64,000 nt of DNA from Trichoplax sp. H2 (Eukaryota), in assembly GCA_003344405.1 (NCBI GenBank), contig NOWV01000016.1:682001-746000 (forward strand), written 5' to 3'. Positions within the stretch are counted from its first letter, which is position 1. Each line of letters opens with the position of its first letter. Below the pieces are notes generated by a model. The model saw only the letters and a program-made list of their open reading frames with translations, had not been told where the DNA came from and did no database searches. The position numbers were made by a program, and so were the translations under genes. Positions 13,501 through 26,555 of this stretch are shown here, one piece after another.

Positions 13501-15194
13501 ACAAATTAATATAGGGACTAGAATTTATCTTTCGCCTCTCATTGGCGATATTATCAGTATGTAACAAAGATTTGCTTAAGCTCGATATTGAAGGCATGAT
13601 TATGGTTAGTTTATTCTTACATCAACTTTTGTTAACATTATTAACTAAAAAATATGGAATTGATTTGCATATTTATATGGTACTAATCCTACATATCTAT
13701 GATAGCACTTTCAGAAAGAATTAACAAAGTATGATAGCATTACCGTTCAGGTGCTATTTGATATGGCTTTTACTTTAAAAATAACTCCAAAAAAACTAAA
13801 AAAGTGAGCTCTTCTTTTTAAATAGCTAAGTAACTTTAATTAATTCTATCGTTTGGGACAAATCTTGAAGGGGCATTTGGGAAGTAGTCAAAAGTAATAT
13901 CACTAAGAAAGTGTTATATAAATTCTTTGTTAGACTTGAGAAGGATTATCATACTAGAAAAGCTAAAGAAACTGGTGACGTTGAGCTAATGAAAGTAAGT
14001 CTTATGAAGTATAAATAAACGCCAGTATGTGAAGCACAGTTTGTGGAAAAATAAATGATTAAAGACGTCTTACATTCGCTGACCATATATAAATATATAC
14101 ATTTATATTGGATATTTTCCTTTTCAATTTTTAGAAATTCCGGCGAGATAATACTGTGCTTATGCAGAAAGTAGAAGCGCTAGAAAATGTAAGAATTTTC
14201 TCTATAAGATGATATATTTAGCAAGAATTAGCTTAGTATTATACCGTTTATTTACTATTCAACTACTTTATGGGCTCTCAATTAGGAAAATGCCGCATTT
14301 GCTGAGAAAATTATACAGGTATAAATGATTACAGATTACTTCTTTGTTTTAAAGAATACGTTGCTTATTACATACGATCGGTTGACCAGTCTCATCGTGT
14401 TATCATCTCTTATTAGGGTACTGTAAACTATGCTACAACAGCAGAAGAATTGGAATTGCTCCATCTGGAGCTCTCCGAAACAAAAAAACGGGAAGCAGCA
14501 GCTCAGTCTGAGCTTGTTACTGCTTATAGCCAAATCGAAGAATTGAAATCGAATGTGAGTCAACAAGAATAGTGCTGGTGTATTTTAAGTTAGAAGTAAC
14601 TTAGTGGATCTCATTTAACTAATATCAAACGAATTCATCTTTTAGTTGGAACAATATACACGTTTGGATGATATTGATATGAATGGTAAATCACCAGAAG
14701 AAATTGATATGATAACCCGTTTAAAGAAGCAATTATCTGTTTCTCAGCAAAATCAGGCAGAAACCGCAATTTTACTAAGAAAGATGAAAAAGCATGTTGA
14801 TGATTTGATTGTAAATGACCCAAATAGTACATTAAAGTTAGAACTACGAAGCGCTAATGCTCGTGAAGTAATGTTGAAGGAAGAGCTTGTAGCTTTTAAA
14901 GATAAAGTAGCTGATCAAGATAAGAAAATTGATGCACTGGAAAAGACTGTAGAGGCGTACAAAGCAGAAATGCAAAGTGCTAATGAGAAAATAACAAAAT
15001 ATCAAGAAAAGGTATTGCAGTCTACATTACCGATTAACTAGCAGTATTATTGTTAGAAATTTTGAGGAATACTGTTACTATCTAGACTCCTCTAAATTTT
15101 AAAAAATGGTAAACCTACAACTTAGATACTCAGTTTGGGGTCAGCAGGAGAGGACGTTATTGTAAATGCTTCCAAGAAAACGGATACCGAGTGA
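10521..15194 (+). CDS. EVI5: EVI5/EVI5L-like TBC-domain Rab GTPase-activating protein, ~589 aa; exons 10521-10582, 11433-11769, 11912-12028, 12415-12489, 12696-12821, 13176-13214, 13303-13407, 13515-13604, 13706-13803, 13934-13994, 14135-14188, 14286-14318, 14417-14554, 14646-15011, 15126-15194 (last exon uncertain)
   Basis: The N-terminal [10 protein letters not shown] resembles EVI5. The TBC domain shows R-finger [11 protein letters not shown]-finger EVGYCQG, MPEEEAF and [10 protein letters not shown], followed by a coiled-coil C-terminus. All junctions are GT-AG and the summed exon length (1770) is divisible by 3. Confidence 0.9.
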
Positions 15195-17189
15195 TTGGAC
15201 ATCTAGACAACTTAATCACAATTTGAATATATAATTTAATTACTTATGACTTTTTATACTGGGTGAGCTGAGAATACATATCTATATTATTCATATAATA
15301 TGTGCCATTGGTTTAAATGCTGACGGCAATTATGATTTGCACGCAAATATCTCCATCATGCTAGTAAGAATTATCAATGATATCAGTATGTAGGATAAGA
15401 GTCCTATCTTTGCATTTTTTACCTACACAGAACGTATTATTTGTTTCTTTCGCGTTTCATAATTGAGTTCACGAGACTATTATTGTATAATTACCTTTAC
15501 GATAAAACTGTTATTTTATTTTCGATTTATATAAACCTTATGATGTACTGTACTTTGTACCTCACTTGATATGTTATTAAAAATTTTTTGTTAATATTGT
15601 ATTGTTTTTTGTAATCTTGATGAACACTCTTATGTGATCTGTTACAATGCGTATTGAATTATTGTAAGTAAACGGACACTGTATTATCCAGACTTAGAAT
15701 GTAACTACAGTAGTAGGTTAATTAGGATTCTCTCTCTCTATAAATACGTATATACAAGTATATACAGTAGAATTGCTTTATGTCCGCTTATATTCATTTA
15801 CAGTTTAGTTATAGTAAATTATAGTTTACCGAAATTATCGTGATATTATTTTTTCCACGATATACCATCTGCTAGGCTTTAGATTAATTTTATGCTGTAA
15901 ACTACTTAAAATTTCGATATTGAATTGTATAAAGTATTATTGCAGTCTCCTTTTCCTCTCAACTAGAAAGGAATGAGATTGATATACTCACCAATTGATA
16001 ATGTATGCATAACTTTCGTGTGCTGAAGAAATGTGGACATTAAATATAATAACTGATGTATTAGTTTTTGAGATGTGTTGGTACAACTCAAGGCACATGT
16101 TGCTATATGTTTGCGCTTAAGCGTATAAGTATATACAGGAGACACGATCTAAATGACATCATCAGTTAATCTATCTTAAATTTATTAACCTGGTAAATAC
16201 GCTTTTTTGTTTATTTTATTTTTCATCTGGTATAACATTCCTGAGGCAGAAAAAGAATTGTGCAATATCAATTTGGTTTTATGCGCACTAATAATTTAAC
16301 TTGCTACACTATAACTTATATTTACACTGATATGAAGGAGCTAGTGAGGATCAAAATAAAAGAATTCAACTTAGGAATATCGGCGTTAACCCTCCATTTT
16401 CTTTGTGGTAATAAGAGACTGCCACTAAAATGTGAAACTAGAGTAAAAGGTTCATACCTCCTAGTATAGTAGAATAACACTTTTGATGGCAAGTAACTAT
16501 TCCTACACTATAATTATACTTGCTACCATGAACTTTTTAAAACTATTCCTGTATAACTGTACTTATGATTGCATATTTGAATATTAAAAACAATTTGCCA
16601 ATTTGTCTTCTGGTTTCAGTTGTAAATAATCACCATAACTTCCTTGGCACTATATGTAATAAAGCAAAGTTTTAGCACTGACTGGACAGAAGGCAATACC
16701 TCTGGCAGTGCAGCTGCAAACCAGTGTTAAGCCGGATCGTTGCGTATACTGTTCTGTGTTTCTCATATGCTTACCACATGCGGCTCTTCAATGGTACTGT
16801 GATTGACGATAGCACTTTGTGTTTCTCTTTTAAGTTTATGGCAATAATTAATTACTATACAATCACGTATAAAACCTCTATATGGCCTAGAATTACGTAC
16901 TGTGTCGTTCTATAGCAATGACATAGGATACACTCACTGTTTGCGGCAAATACGATATTATACACGATGTGTAGGTTTCAGATACGTCTATGAATTTTAT
17001 TATGCCGGCTAGTTGCGAGCTTCGGATCTTACTATGTAATGTGTATAAATTATGTAATTAATGTGCAGCTGGGTGTACGGATTCGGCTGGTATAGCAATA
17101 ATTTCTATATAACTACTTTGTCGGGAGATTGAATATCCTCAATGCAAATGCTCTATGCATATTTACTGTGTTATGCTCTTCATACGAGT

Positions 17190-18230
17190 ATCATGCTTGT
17201 ATTCAGCTTGTCAACGATATTGCGATTGCCGTGAGCTTAGGATAGCACTTACTGGTGGACGAAGGATTTTACTCAATGAGTTCAAAATAAACTTTCAATT
17301 TAGTCATCTCCATCTCTGACTCTCTTCTATGACGTGATCAACGAGATTCAATGAATGAATAATTTATTATCAATTAAAAATGTTTCATTTTGGTACACGA
17401 GTATTATGAGAGAACTCAATATCCTCTATTTCATGCTTGCGTCTGTATTCAATTCTTTAGTGATATTGCGGTTAGTAGTAGGCTCACGAGAGCACTTTCA
17501 CTTGATGACGTATTACTAAATAAGGGCAAAATATATTTAATATTCCTTTCTGGTCAGTTCTAGACTGTATCTCGTATATTAAATTGGAATGAAAGAACAA
17601 CTGCTTATCCTGAAATTGACCTAAATACAAACACGATATGCTACAGTACCGCAGTTAATATATAGCATCTGTATTCAATTCTTCAATGATACTAGCTTGC
17701 CCGGATTGCTTCGCCGTGTACATTATTACTTTGCATTGACTGTACGCCTATCCCACTCAGTAGTAGGCCATGACTCTAAAATTTGATCCTTACTTTACAG
17801 TATAATACTTCGTGTTAATAGTCTCCACGGCGAAGCATGCCGGACAAAGCTAGTTCTATTAAATTAGAATGAAGAATGAACCGGATATCTAAAATTGACC
17901 TAAATACAAACACTATGTTATACTTCATTAATGCTTTAACGAGGCATTCCTAAATGAATCCAAAACAACCTATATTTACAGTTACAAATATTTCATTTTG
18001 CTCCATTATATTAATGAATGAATTCTAGCGCTCTAAATGAAAGAATTGCATGTCCTGAATTGATCTCAATACAAACACTATTTTCTATCATTATAATTAT
18101 GCTCAATGCAGTCTCTGTATTCAATTCTTCAGTGATATTGCCGCTAGTAATAAACTCAGGCGAGCACTGCAATACTTTAGTAAATTAGTATTACTAAATT
18201 TGGGGTCAATAATAAACTCTAAATTTAGTG
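17190..18230. repeat. Degenerate local repeat family (3-4 partial copies)
   Basis: TGTATTCAATTCTTYAGTGATATTGC-like blocks recur at ~17198, ~17444, ~17670 and ~18116. AATGAA(A)GAA...AATTGAYCTMAATACAAACAC blocks recur at ~17588, ~17868 and ~18035. Confidence 0.7.
17691..17854. mobile_element. 164-bp non-autonomous element (MITE-like) with imperfect ~28-bp terminal inverted repeats resembling Helitron 3' ends
   Basis: The left end is ACTAGCTTGCCCGGATTGCTTCGCCGTG and the right end is CACGGCGAAGCATGCCGGACAAAGCTAGT (reverse complement ACTAGCTTTGTCCGGCATGCTTCGCCGTG). It interrupts a local repeat unit. No clear TSD. Confidence 0.7.
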
Positions 18231-18984
18231 CTACCATTGGCTTTATGAAATGACGTAATGAAAGGGAAATGAAATTGATATTTGGAACCTTTTCTTGCCG
18301 TCCTACCAATGTACCCATACAATACAATCACGCTATACAGAATTAGTGTATTGTAGCCTAGGACTTGGTCAACTTTTGGATGTGCTTATGTAATGACTCA
18401 TGGGGTTATTTATAGCAACTGCTGGATTCGAGATTTTTGTTCTAGTAGTAGCGCAATCATCCCGCCACTAATTAGGTCCATAATGACTGTCACCACTTGA
18501 ATAAAGTTTTTTTGCGGAGGGCTGCAGCCGTAGGGAATCTTGGTTAACAGCTCCCCCAAAAATGAAATAAACTAGATACTTTAAACAGTCGACGTATGCC
18601 AAAATGTGAACTGATGAAGCGATCAGTAGCTCCAGTATACGCATGGTGTTTATTAAGTTGTTTTAGCAGACTTGTGCTCCATTACTGTGCCATATCGAGA
18701 CAGTGAGTTGACTACAGTGCAAGTGTTTAAGCAGGGGGCTTTTAAAAAATGGACGTTATTCTGTAGTTCTAGCACTATCCATCAATCTTTTACAATGTTT
18801 TAAAGGTAAGAAATCGCTAGATTTTTGAAAAAATTGCCTCTTAAGGAGTCAGCATTAGCGAATTCATTAAGGAGAGGAAGAAAACTTTGATAGAAATCCC
18901 TGGTTTAAGACACTCCTGAGGGGCACAGTATGACCTCGTAACGTCACTAGTCGATTGGTTTCCGTTTTGTAATTACTGCACTAT

Positions 18985-19172
18985 TATTATACTGTAGCGT
19001 GCAGTACATTGTACACTATGTTACAGTGTACTGTACGGTAAGCACACAAGCAAAGTACTGTACGGTATTGTACCGTACAGTATGATACCGCAGCCTAAGA
19101 ATTGCATGATAGACATTGGCGGTGCATGTACAGTACTATAACTGTACAGTACACTGTACAGCACATACAGTA
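18985..19172. repeat. Low-complexity TACAGTACTGTA-type palindromic repeat tract upstream of SH3GLB
   Basis: Dense TACAGT/ACTGTA/GTAC motifs lie ~130-320 bp upstream of the SH3GLB ATG. Confidence 0.65.
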
Positions 19173-19303
19173 TTAAATTCTCCTTCTCACCGCAGCCAGT
19201 CTATTTCACAACGTCACAACATTTGGCTAGTCAATCAGTGTGGAAAATTTTTCATTAAATTAACGTACATTATTACTAACCTCCATTGCCCTTGCTAGCA
19301 ATT

Positions 19304-22300
19304 ATGGAATCTTTTCAACGCTTTGCTAACGATGCCGCTACGGCTTTCTCTCGTGCTAGACAGGTAAAATGATCATTTAACAGCGTAATCATGAAATTTT
19401 TCGTCTATGCTTATTGATCGATTGAACAGGACACTCGAGTGGATAGTCGCTGCTCTATACTGTAGTACTCTCTTCCCAACACTACTGTCTTTCACACGTC
19501 CTTTTTACCCCTCGGATTGTCAACTTAGCTACAATGGCTGTACTTATTTAATAACAACGCCAGACTAGAAAGAGATGAAAATTCACGTCTAGAGACGATC
19601 AGCAATCAGCGATAGTACAGTATATGGAACAACATAGCAAAAGTGTTGTATAGTAAGTTCAATTCTCTGCAACAGCATTAATGAAACTAGTCAAAGACAC
19701 TCTCGACAGTAATGGCTCAAGGGTTGGAATTTCACCTTTCCTATTTTCCATTGCATGTATCTAAGTATATTTCATGATAACCTACAGTACATTTCCAAGT
19801 ATAAATGAAAGAATCAACTGTTATATCGATAGCCCCAACTAGTATAACCAGTGAATTTTTTCTCTGCAGTGCGTTGAAAACACAGACATTTTTTTTGCTA
19901 CTTCGGTTGTTCAACGGATGACGTTACTGTCGATGACGCACAATAATACTGTACAGTGCACAGTGTCTTGCGTCGGCTTAGTATCACAATACCGCTGTAA
20001 GTAATGGAAGGTTATGGTAATACTGTAGCTACACTACGTGGCTACATGCTAGGATCGACTGGTGAGAAACGCCTTAACTCAATTAAATTGTCAATCGAAC
20101 GTTGGATCGATCGCTTATTTGAATTTCTTGATCATTTCTAAAGCCGTGCTTGTCATCACTAGGTAGAATGATTGCGATCAACCCAATCTATTCAGCATAT
20201 ACAGTTGTTAAAATAATAAGAGCCCGTTTTTAGGGTGCTTGTATACTGTAGAACATGAAATCTTCATACATCACTCATGAACAGTGAACAATATGTTACA
20301 TCCGTCCAATAACGAGAAGAACACCATCAACGTTGTAGATAGTGATCAACATTGTTTCCATTTCATCGATCTCTGATTTTTTATTCTAGGGGTTAATAGG
20401 AGTATACTTTTATTACCACACAACAACAGTGGCATAGAGTAGCATACCGAGGATAAAATGACATTCACGCACATCATGTTATTACACCTAGACAATATTT
20501 ACTGCCATGTTCGTTGACACTACTAGTAAAGCTACTAATATTAGATTAGAGGGGAAGAGTGTGGTATGCACTTGGAAAATCCAAAATGATTGGATGGATA
20601 ATAAAATTGAGATGAGAAATATTCGACTATTTTTCTCATTCCCATAATAATAATTCTACTATGAATGATCATTTTATCTCCATTACAATACAATCATTTG
20701 TATCAACTTATCAAAAGTACTTGTAAAATCATGAACCACAATCGTACACTGTGTTGCTTTTACTTTCATATCCCTCAAATAACTACATCGATTAAAATTA
20801 TATATTTACTTTGCTATGCTATAGTATCCTTGTAATCGGATGAAAGACAGAGCTAAATCAGTAGATCAATATCTCTTCAATACATACAAAAAATGACTTA
20901 GAATATAATCGTGCATCATTAGTCTACAATGCCATCATCGATCTTGTTTAGAATGATAACCGCAGTATTATTCAGGCAATTGATCGATCAGATGACTTGA
21001 AAGATTATTGTTACTATTTGGATGAGTAGTAAGCGTATCATTTTCTTGGATATATCTAGTATACTGAAGAGAAAATTGGCCATTCAGAAAAGACTCAATA
21101 CGATCCTCAATTTGAAAATTTACAACGTAGAGCTGATCGTACCAAAGTATGGACTGAAAAACTCTGCAAACAAATGGAAAATGTTCTACAGCCTAATCCA
21201 AGTAGGTGGATCAAATAATCACTATTTTCTTTGTCTTGATTTTGGGTCTCAATAGCAATCACTTACTCGGATTAGTCTTACGATCAAGCCAAATACACTG
21301 GACCTGATCCAGTCTCTCTATAGTAAAGATTTCGCTGTTTATTACTTTCATTCAAAGAGACCAACTTTCCATGTTATACGCTAGATGAGCATACTAGCGT
21401 CTTTTTCTTATTTGTACAGCTCTTTAACTGGAATAATACAACTTGTATTACCAAATTAATTATTAATGAATCCAATTTGTCCATGTAGACTTGTTACGAT
21501 TAATTATGCAAGTTTTGATAGCTTTCATGTAATAGTAATTGATTGTATTGGATATTTTCTAGCTGTAGCAATTAAAGTAAAAATTATATTTTAATAATAG
21601 AGGATAAATCGTGGATGATTGACTTTTGATCAATTCATCCTAACTAGATGAGCACACTATTTCTAAATTTTCTACTCTATTTTATTGCTTTTTTTTTGTT
21701 GATAAGAAGTCGTTAATAACATCGGTACAGTTTTTGTAATATCATACCGCTATCCGATCATTCTAAAAGAATTGCAAATTTGTTATCTCTATAGAATAAC
21801 ACTGACAGTTGACTAAAACTATTGCAACAAATGCGTATACTTATAGTCATGCTCGAATACTGTACCTTATGATTTGATACTACTCATATACAAGTACGAT
21901 AAAAGACACATGTTATCTTTATTTGCTTACTAGCTGTTCGAATGGAAGAATTTTTCCTTGAAAAATTGGATAAGAAAAAACGTCCAAGATTGACGAATCA
22001 TGAAGTTCTTGGTCAATTAATGACAAGTGCTGGCAATGATTATGGACCTAACACTGCTCTTGGTAAACTTACTTACTAGTGTATTATAGGGACCAAGTTA
22101 AATAATTTTTAGCCAAGCTCTTTCTGTCAGTATTGCCTACCAAGTAGTAAACACATATGATACGGTGTTTCTAGTCCTAAATTTACAAAGAATTTATTAA
22201 AAACTTTCGGTACTTTTACTAATTAATTATAATCAGGACCACAATAATGTGTTAATATACCGTACTTCGTATTATAACTACAGTTAATATCATTCAATAG

Positions 22301-25099
22301 CTTCAATAAGGTATTTTTCATCTGAAAGTTAATTATTTTGATCATTAAAGTAAAATTTGAATATAAAGAAAAAATTATCACCTATTAGGTCACAAAGTAA
22401 TCGTAATTATATTGTAAATATTACCATTTATGCGTACAATGGCGCGCTGATATTCTAAAATGGCGTCATGATTTTAAAATTCTGAATGATTTCTCTGTTA
22501 ACTTTACCATAGGTGGTGCTTTAATTAAGGTCGGAAATGTGCAAGCAAAGATTGGTTTATCCGAGAGGGAATTTGTTGAAACTTCCGCTAGAAAATTTAT
22601 AAAGCCATGCAAAACCTATATAGAAAATGATTGCAAATCTATCAGCGTATGTAATAAAATATGTTTGGTCATCCTTTCAATTTTGTTCTATCATTATAGT
22701 TATCAATGAACTGTAGTAGTATTCAATCTTATTGCAAACAAATTATACACTTGCCTTTAATACTATCTACGAGCATAATAATTATAATAAATCCGCTAAA
22801 TAGATTCTTATAGCATTTCAAGACACAATTTCAATTTTTTACCTGTACCAATTTTACTCTACCTTTATAAATCCTTACTTTCCAACTGTATGACATACGT
22901 TACCTTCCACCTTATTCTACGCAGTTATTGACCAATTTTTTACTTATAATTTTGTATTCGGTCACTAATGTTATAATAGCAGTGTAGCACTTGAAAGATA
23001 TCCTCTGAAGTCGTAAATTTACTTCGGTGTTAATTCTGTAATACATTACTACCCATAGACTAAAGATTATACAGTGGAGAATTCTAGTTTACTCCAGATT
23101 AAGTTGATTGTTTATTACAGAATGATATCTATGTAATTTGCTTGTTATTTGTTCTAAATTCATAATATTATTTGAATATTTGATATCACTTGATAAATGT
23201 AGAAAGAAAGAAAACTACTCGCTGTCAAGAGATTAGATCTAGATGCCTGTAAGAGTAAATTAAAGAAAGCTGTCAGTACGGAAAAAGCTCAAGCGGTAAG
23301 TTAAAATTTCTTTTATTCGTAACTAGTTTCCTTTTTATGATTCTTGTATTGGTTGTATAGCTGGCGTTAGTGGCTAATACAAGATAATTTATTCGTTTAT
23401 ATTAGTAATACGCTTATGAAATAATTAATTGTAAATTGTAATTAGATTAAACTACTACATACGTAAGATTTACTAGTATAGATTTTAGTTTCAATTTTTT
23501 ATTTAGTTTTACTGGCCAAGAATAGCGTTTTATTTTTCATTCCTTCTATTGTACATTTAAATGTAACTTACAAAGATACAGAAGATAATGATTATGATAC
23601 AAATGCAACGATATCAATGGCTTACAATAATTCTTAAACGACAGTTAGCTATTCTTGTAACGTAATTAAAATACCAAGTTTTTGTAATACTGCAGGCTGA
23701 TAACGATTTACGTGCTGCACAAAGTGAATTTGATCGTCAACATGAAATAACAAAGTTGATGTTGGATGGCGTTGGAAGTACACATGTACGTGTTCTGAGT
23801 GGCTAAAATGCTGGGAAACTTGTTATTTATTTTGTATATAGAATCACACTTTACAGTCCAAAATAAACAAACCGAGAATTGCATTCTAAAATACTACTAG
23901 TAGACTTGTAGTGTACAATATACTGTAAACAGTACTACACAAAGCAGTATAAGTTACGTGCTATAGTATCACAATTGTAGCGAGCTATACATATTTTGTA
24001 GCATAACTTGGTTCTATTTTATTGAAACAAAATACACTAAATTAGTTATATTAAAATTTAGTAAATTGCCGCACGAATAACGTTATAAACTTACACCTGC
24101 ATATATGAAAAATGCGGCTAATTTTACAGTATTTGACATCATTATTGATCATTGCTGATATATTGCAACCTACCGTATTGTATTACATGGTAAGATCTGA
24201 TTACCAGTGTCAGTTCTGGAATGCAACTTATTGATTCATAAGAGCATTCTGTTTTTAAAAAATGTTCATAAAGAATTTAACTTCTCTAATTTAATTTTTT
24301 ATTTTCTCCTTTATATAATTATCTATCGGAATACTGCAGACCAATCAACTCCGTAGTTTAGGAGAATTTGTTGAAGCACAACTTAAGTATTATCTTACTA
24401 GCTACCGTGAATTGATCGAGTTGCAAAAGCAATTAAACAGGTAGAGATACGTTTTCTTTATGGCAATATATTTGTTTTTAGCCGTAGTCAACTGTAATTA
24501 TTGATAGCATAATTTTTATAACATTTAATGTGTAGATCATCATATAATAGACGGAAAATCGTTGATTTTTTAAATTTGTGTTATAGGAATTATGATAATA
24601 TCGTATAAAATATAAATAGAGGATTTAAATATAATTTGATAGTTTATATTAATAATTAGGTAATTTATTTGGTATTCTGGTAGTACGAGATTTATTTCTC
24701 ATCAATGCAGTATAATTAGTATTGGCTATTAATTGGTTTATAACACTTAATATCAATGCTGCTTACATCCATCTAATTAAATATCAATCACTTCCCCAAT
24801 CGTCTTTATGCTGTAGCACCGACGCATTTGCACCTAACGCCACTGTTGGTACAAACTCAACTTCTAGGGACGATATCGCTAATGAAGAAATATCTCCATT
24901 GAAGCCTGCGGTTAATGTAGCAAGTCGTGCTAAAGTACTATACGATTATGATGCTGCCAATGCTTCTGAATTAAGTCTATTAGCAGACGAAATTATTACA
25001 GTTCTTGCTGTCCCAGGTATGGATGAAGACTGGATCATGGCTGAGAGAGGCAATCAAAGAGGCAAAGTTCCAACAACATATATCCAGATATTGTCTTAA
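19304..25099 (+). CDS. SH3GLB1: Endophilin B (N-BAR + SH3), 343 aa; exons 19304-19363, 21060-21201, 21934-22062, 22513-22646, 23203-23295, 23696-23785, 24340-24440, 24817-25099
   Basis: Motifs include FANDAATAFSRARQYTEEKIGHSEKT, TKVWTEK...LQPNP, KRLDLDACK, AQSEFDRQHEITKL and FVEAQLKYY. The SH3 domain reads AKVLYDYDAANASELSLLADE...DEDWIMAERGNQRGKVPTTY. Splice phases are consistent (1032 nt). Probably a co-orthologue of SH3GLB1/SH3GLB2. Confidence 0.95.
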
Positions 25100-26555
25100 A
25101 ATTGACTGTATGGGCGTTATTAGCAAAAACATTATCCCTTGTAGGGTTCATCTATGGTTTAAACTAGGAAAAATAACAAATTAAGTCATCAGTATCTGAT
25201 ATGCTAAGACTAAAAATACTACTACGACACGTACTCGTACAATATCATCGCATGTACTGTATTGTTATTAATAGGCATCGATTCTACGGTTATCATTCAA
25301 TTGATGTTTTTTAGTTGTAGAAAGTATATTATAGTTTATTAACACCTAACTAACAGTAACCATCCATAATACAAAAATATTGATAAGTTTTTGCTTCAGC
25401 CGAGTATATAGTATTACGATAATTCTATTTTTAGATCGACATACTTGCATACAGTAGTATAGTACGGTAGGATGTGATAGCAAAATGTTTTACCGTCAAC
25501 TGATGAAAAGTTTAGATTTAACTCTAGTTATTTTCATTGCAAGGCATATACATAATATTAACTGTTATACTGTGCTGTAACAATTTACTGTGTTGTATAA
25601 TCAGTATATTTACGCATATACATATATATAAAAAGGTGCATGCAAAATTTATATATATGTACTGTATATGCGTCGCAAAAAGTAGAATGCAATATTATGA
25701 TACCGTTGAGGAAGTAGTTTCGATCGCAGATTTTATAAAATCGGTAATTTAAAATTTAATTGCCACCTTTCCTCTATCGTACACTATTTCAATGTATAAT
25801 GTACTATGAACAATTGGATATTCAGTAAATTTATTGTTGTAATCAAGTATCTAATGCAGAGTAATCAGTAGTATTTTACAATAAGCGTGCATATCTAATA
25901 ACTTTTGATATGTTTTATTGATTATATATTTCCTGAAAGTATGTGCAATATTATTGGTGAAAAGTAACAATAGTACTGCAGTGAATTGTTACAATAGCCT
26001 ACAATGCGATAGTGCATCGCATGTAGGGAACATATTTGTTATTATTTACATGGCAGGGATCAATATCGGAGGAAATAAAATGAAATGCAGCAGTGCTACT
26101 TGTTGAACTGTGATATACCGATTAAATTATTGTTAAACTACATAATTTTATAGATAATGTAAGCAATCTGCAATAGCAAAATTTGATTGCACTCTTATAT
26201 GAAGCTATTAAAAACTTAAACGATGCGAATTCGAATTTTAATACAAACACAGCATGATTTTTAAAGTAAAAGCTGTCGATCTTCATTAAAATCAGTAAAA
26301 AGATATAATGATGCAAGGCTACTGTAGATACTCGTATAGCGTAACTAGTGTACGCAACTTCCGAATTCAGATACTATTAACTAAGCTACTTAACAATAAA
26401 TAACATGTATTTAAATCTTGCATTAGAAATAGAGGAAGAAATTAGATGCTCGTACAAAGGTAGTTTGTTTAAACTTTGTTGGTCATTAAATCTATGTAAA
26501 ACAGTCTGATATTAAATAGTCTTTAATTTTCAGCAATCTACTTCTCGCGTCTTTT

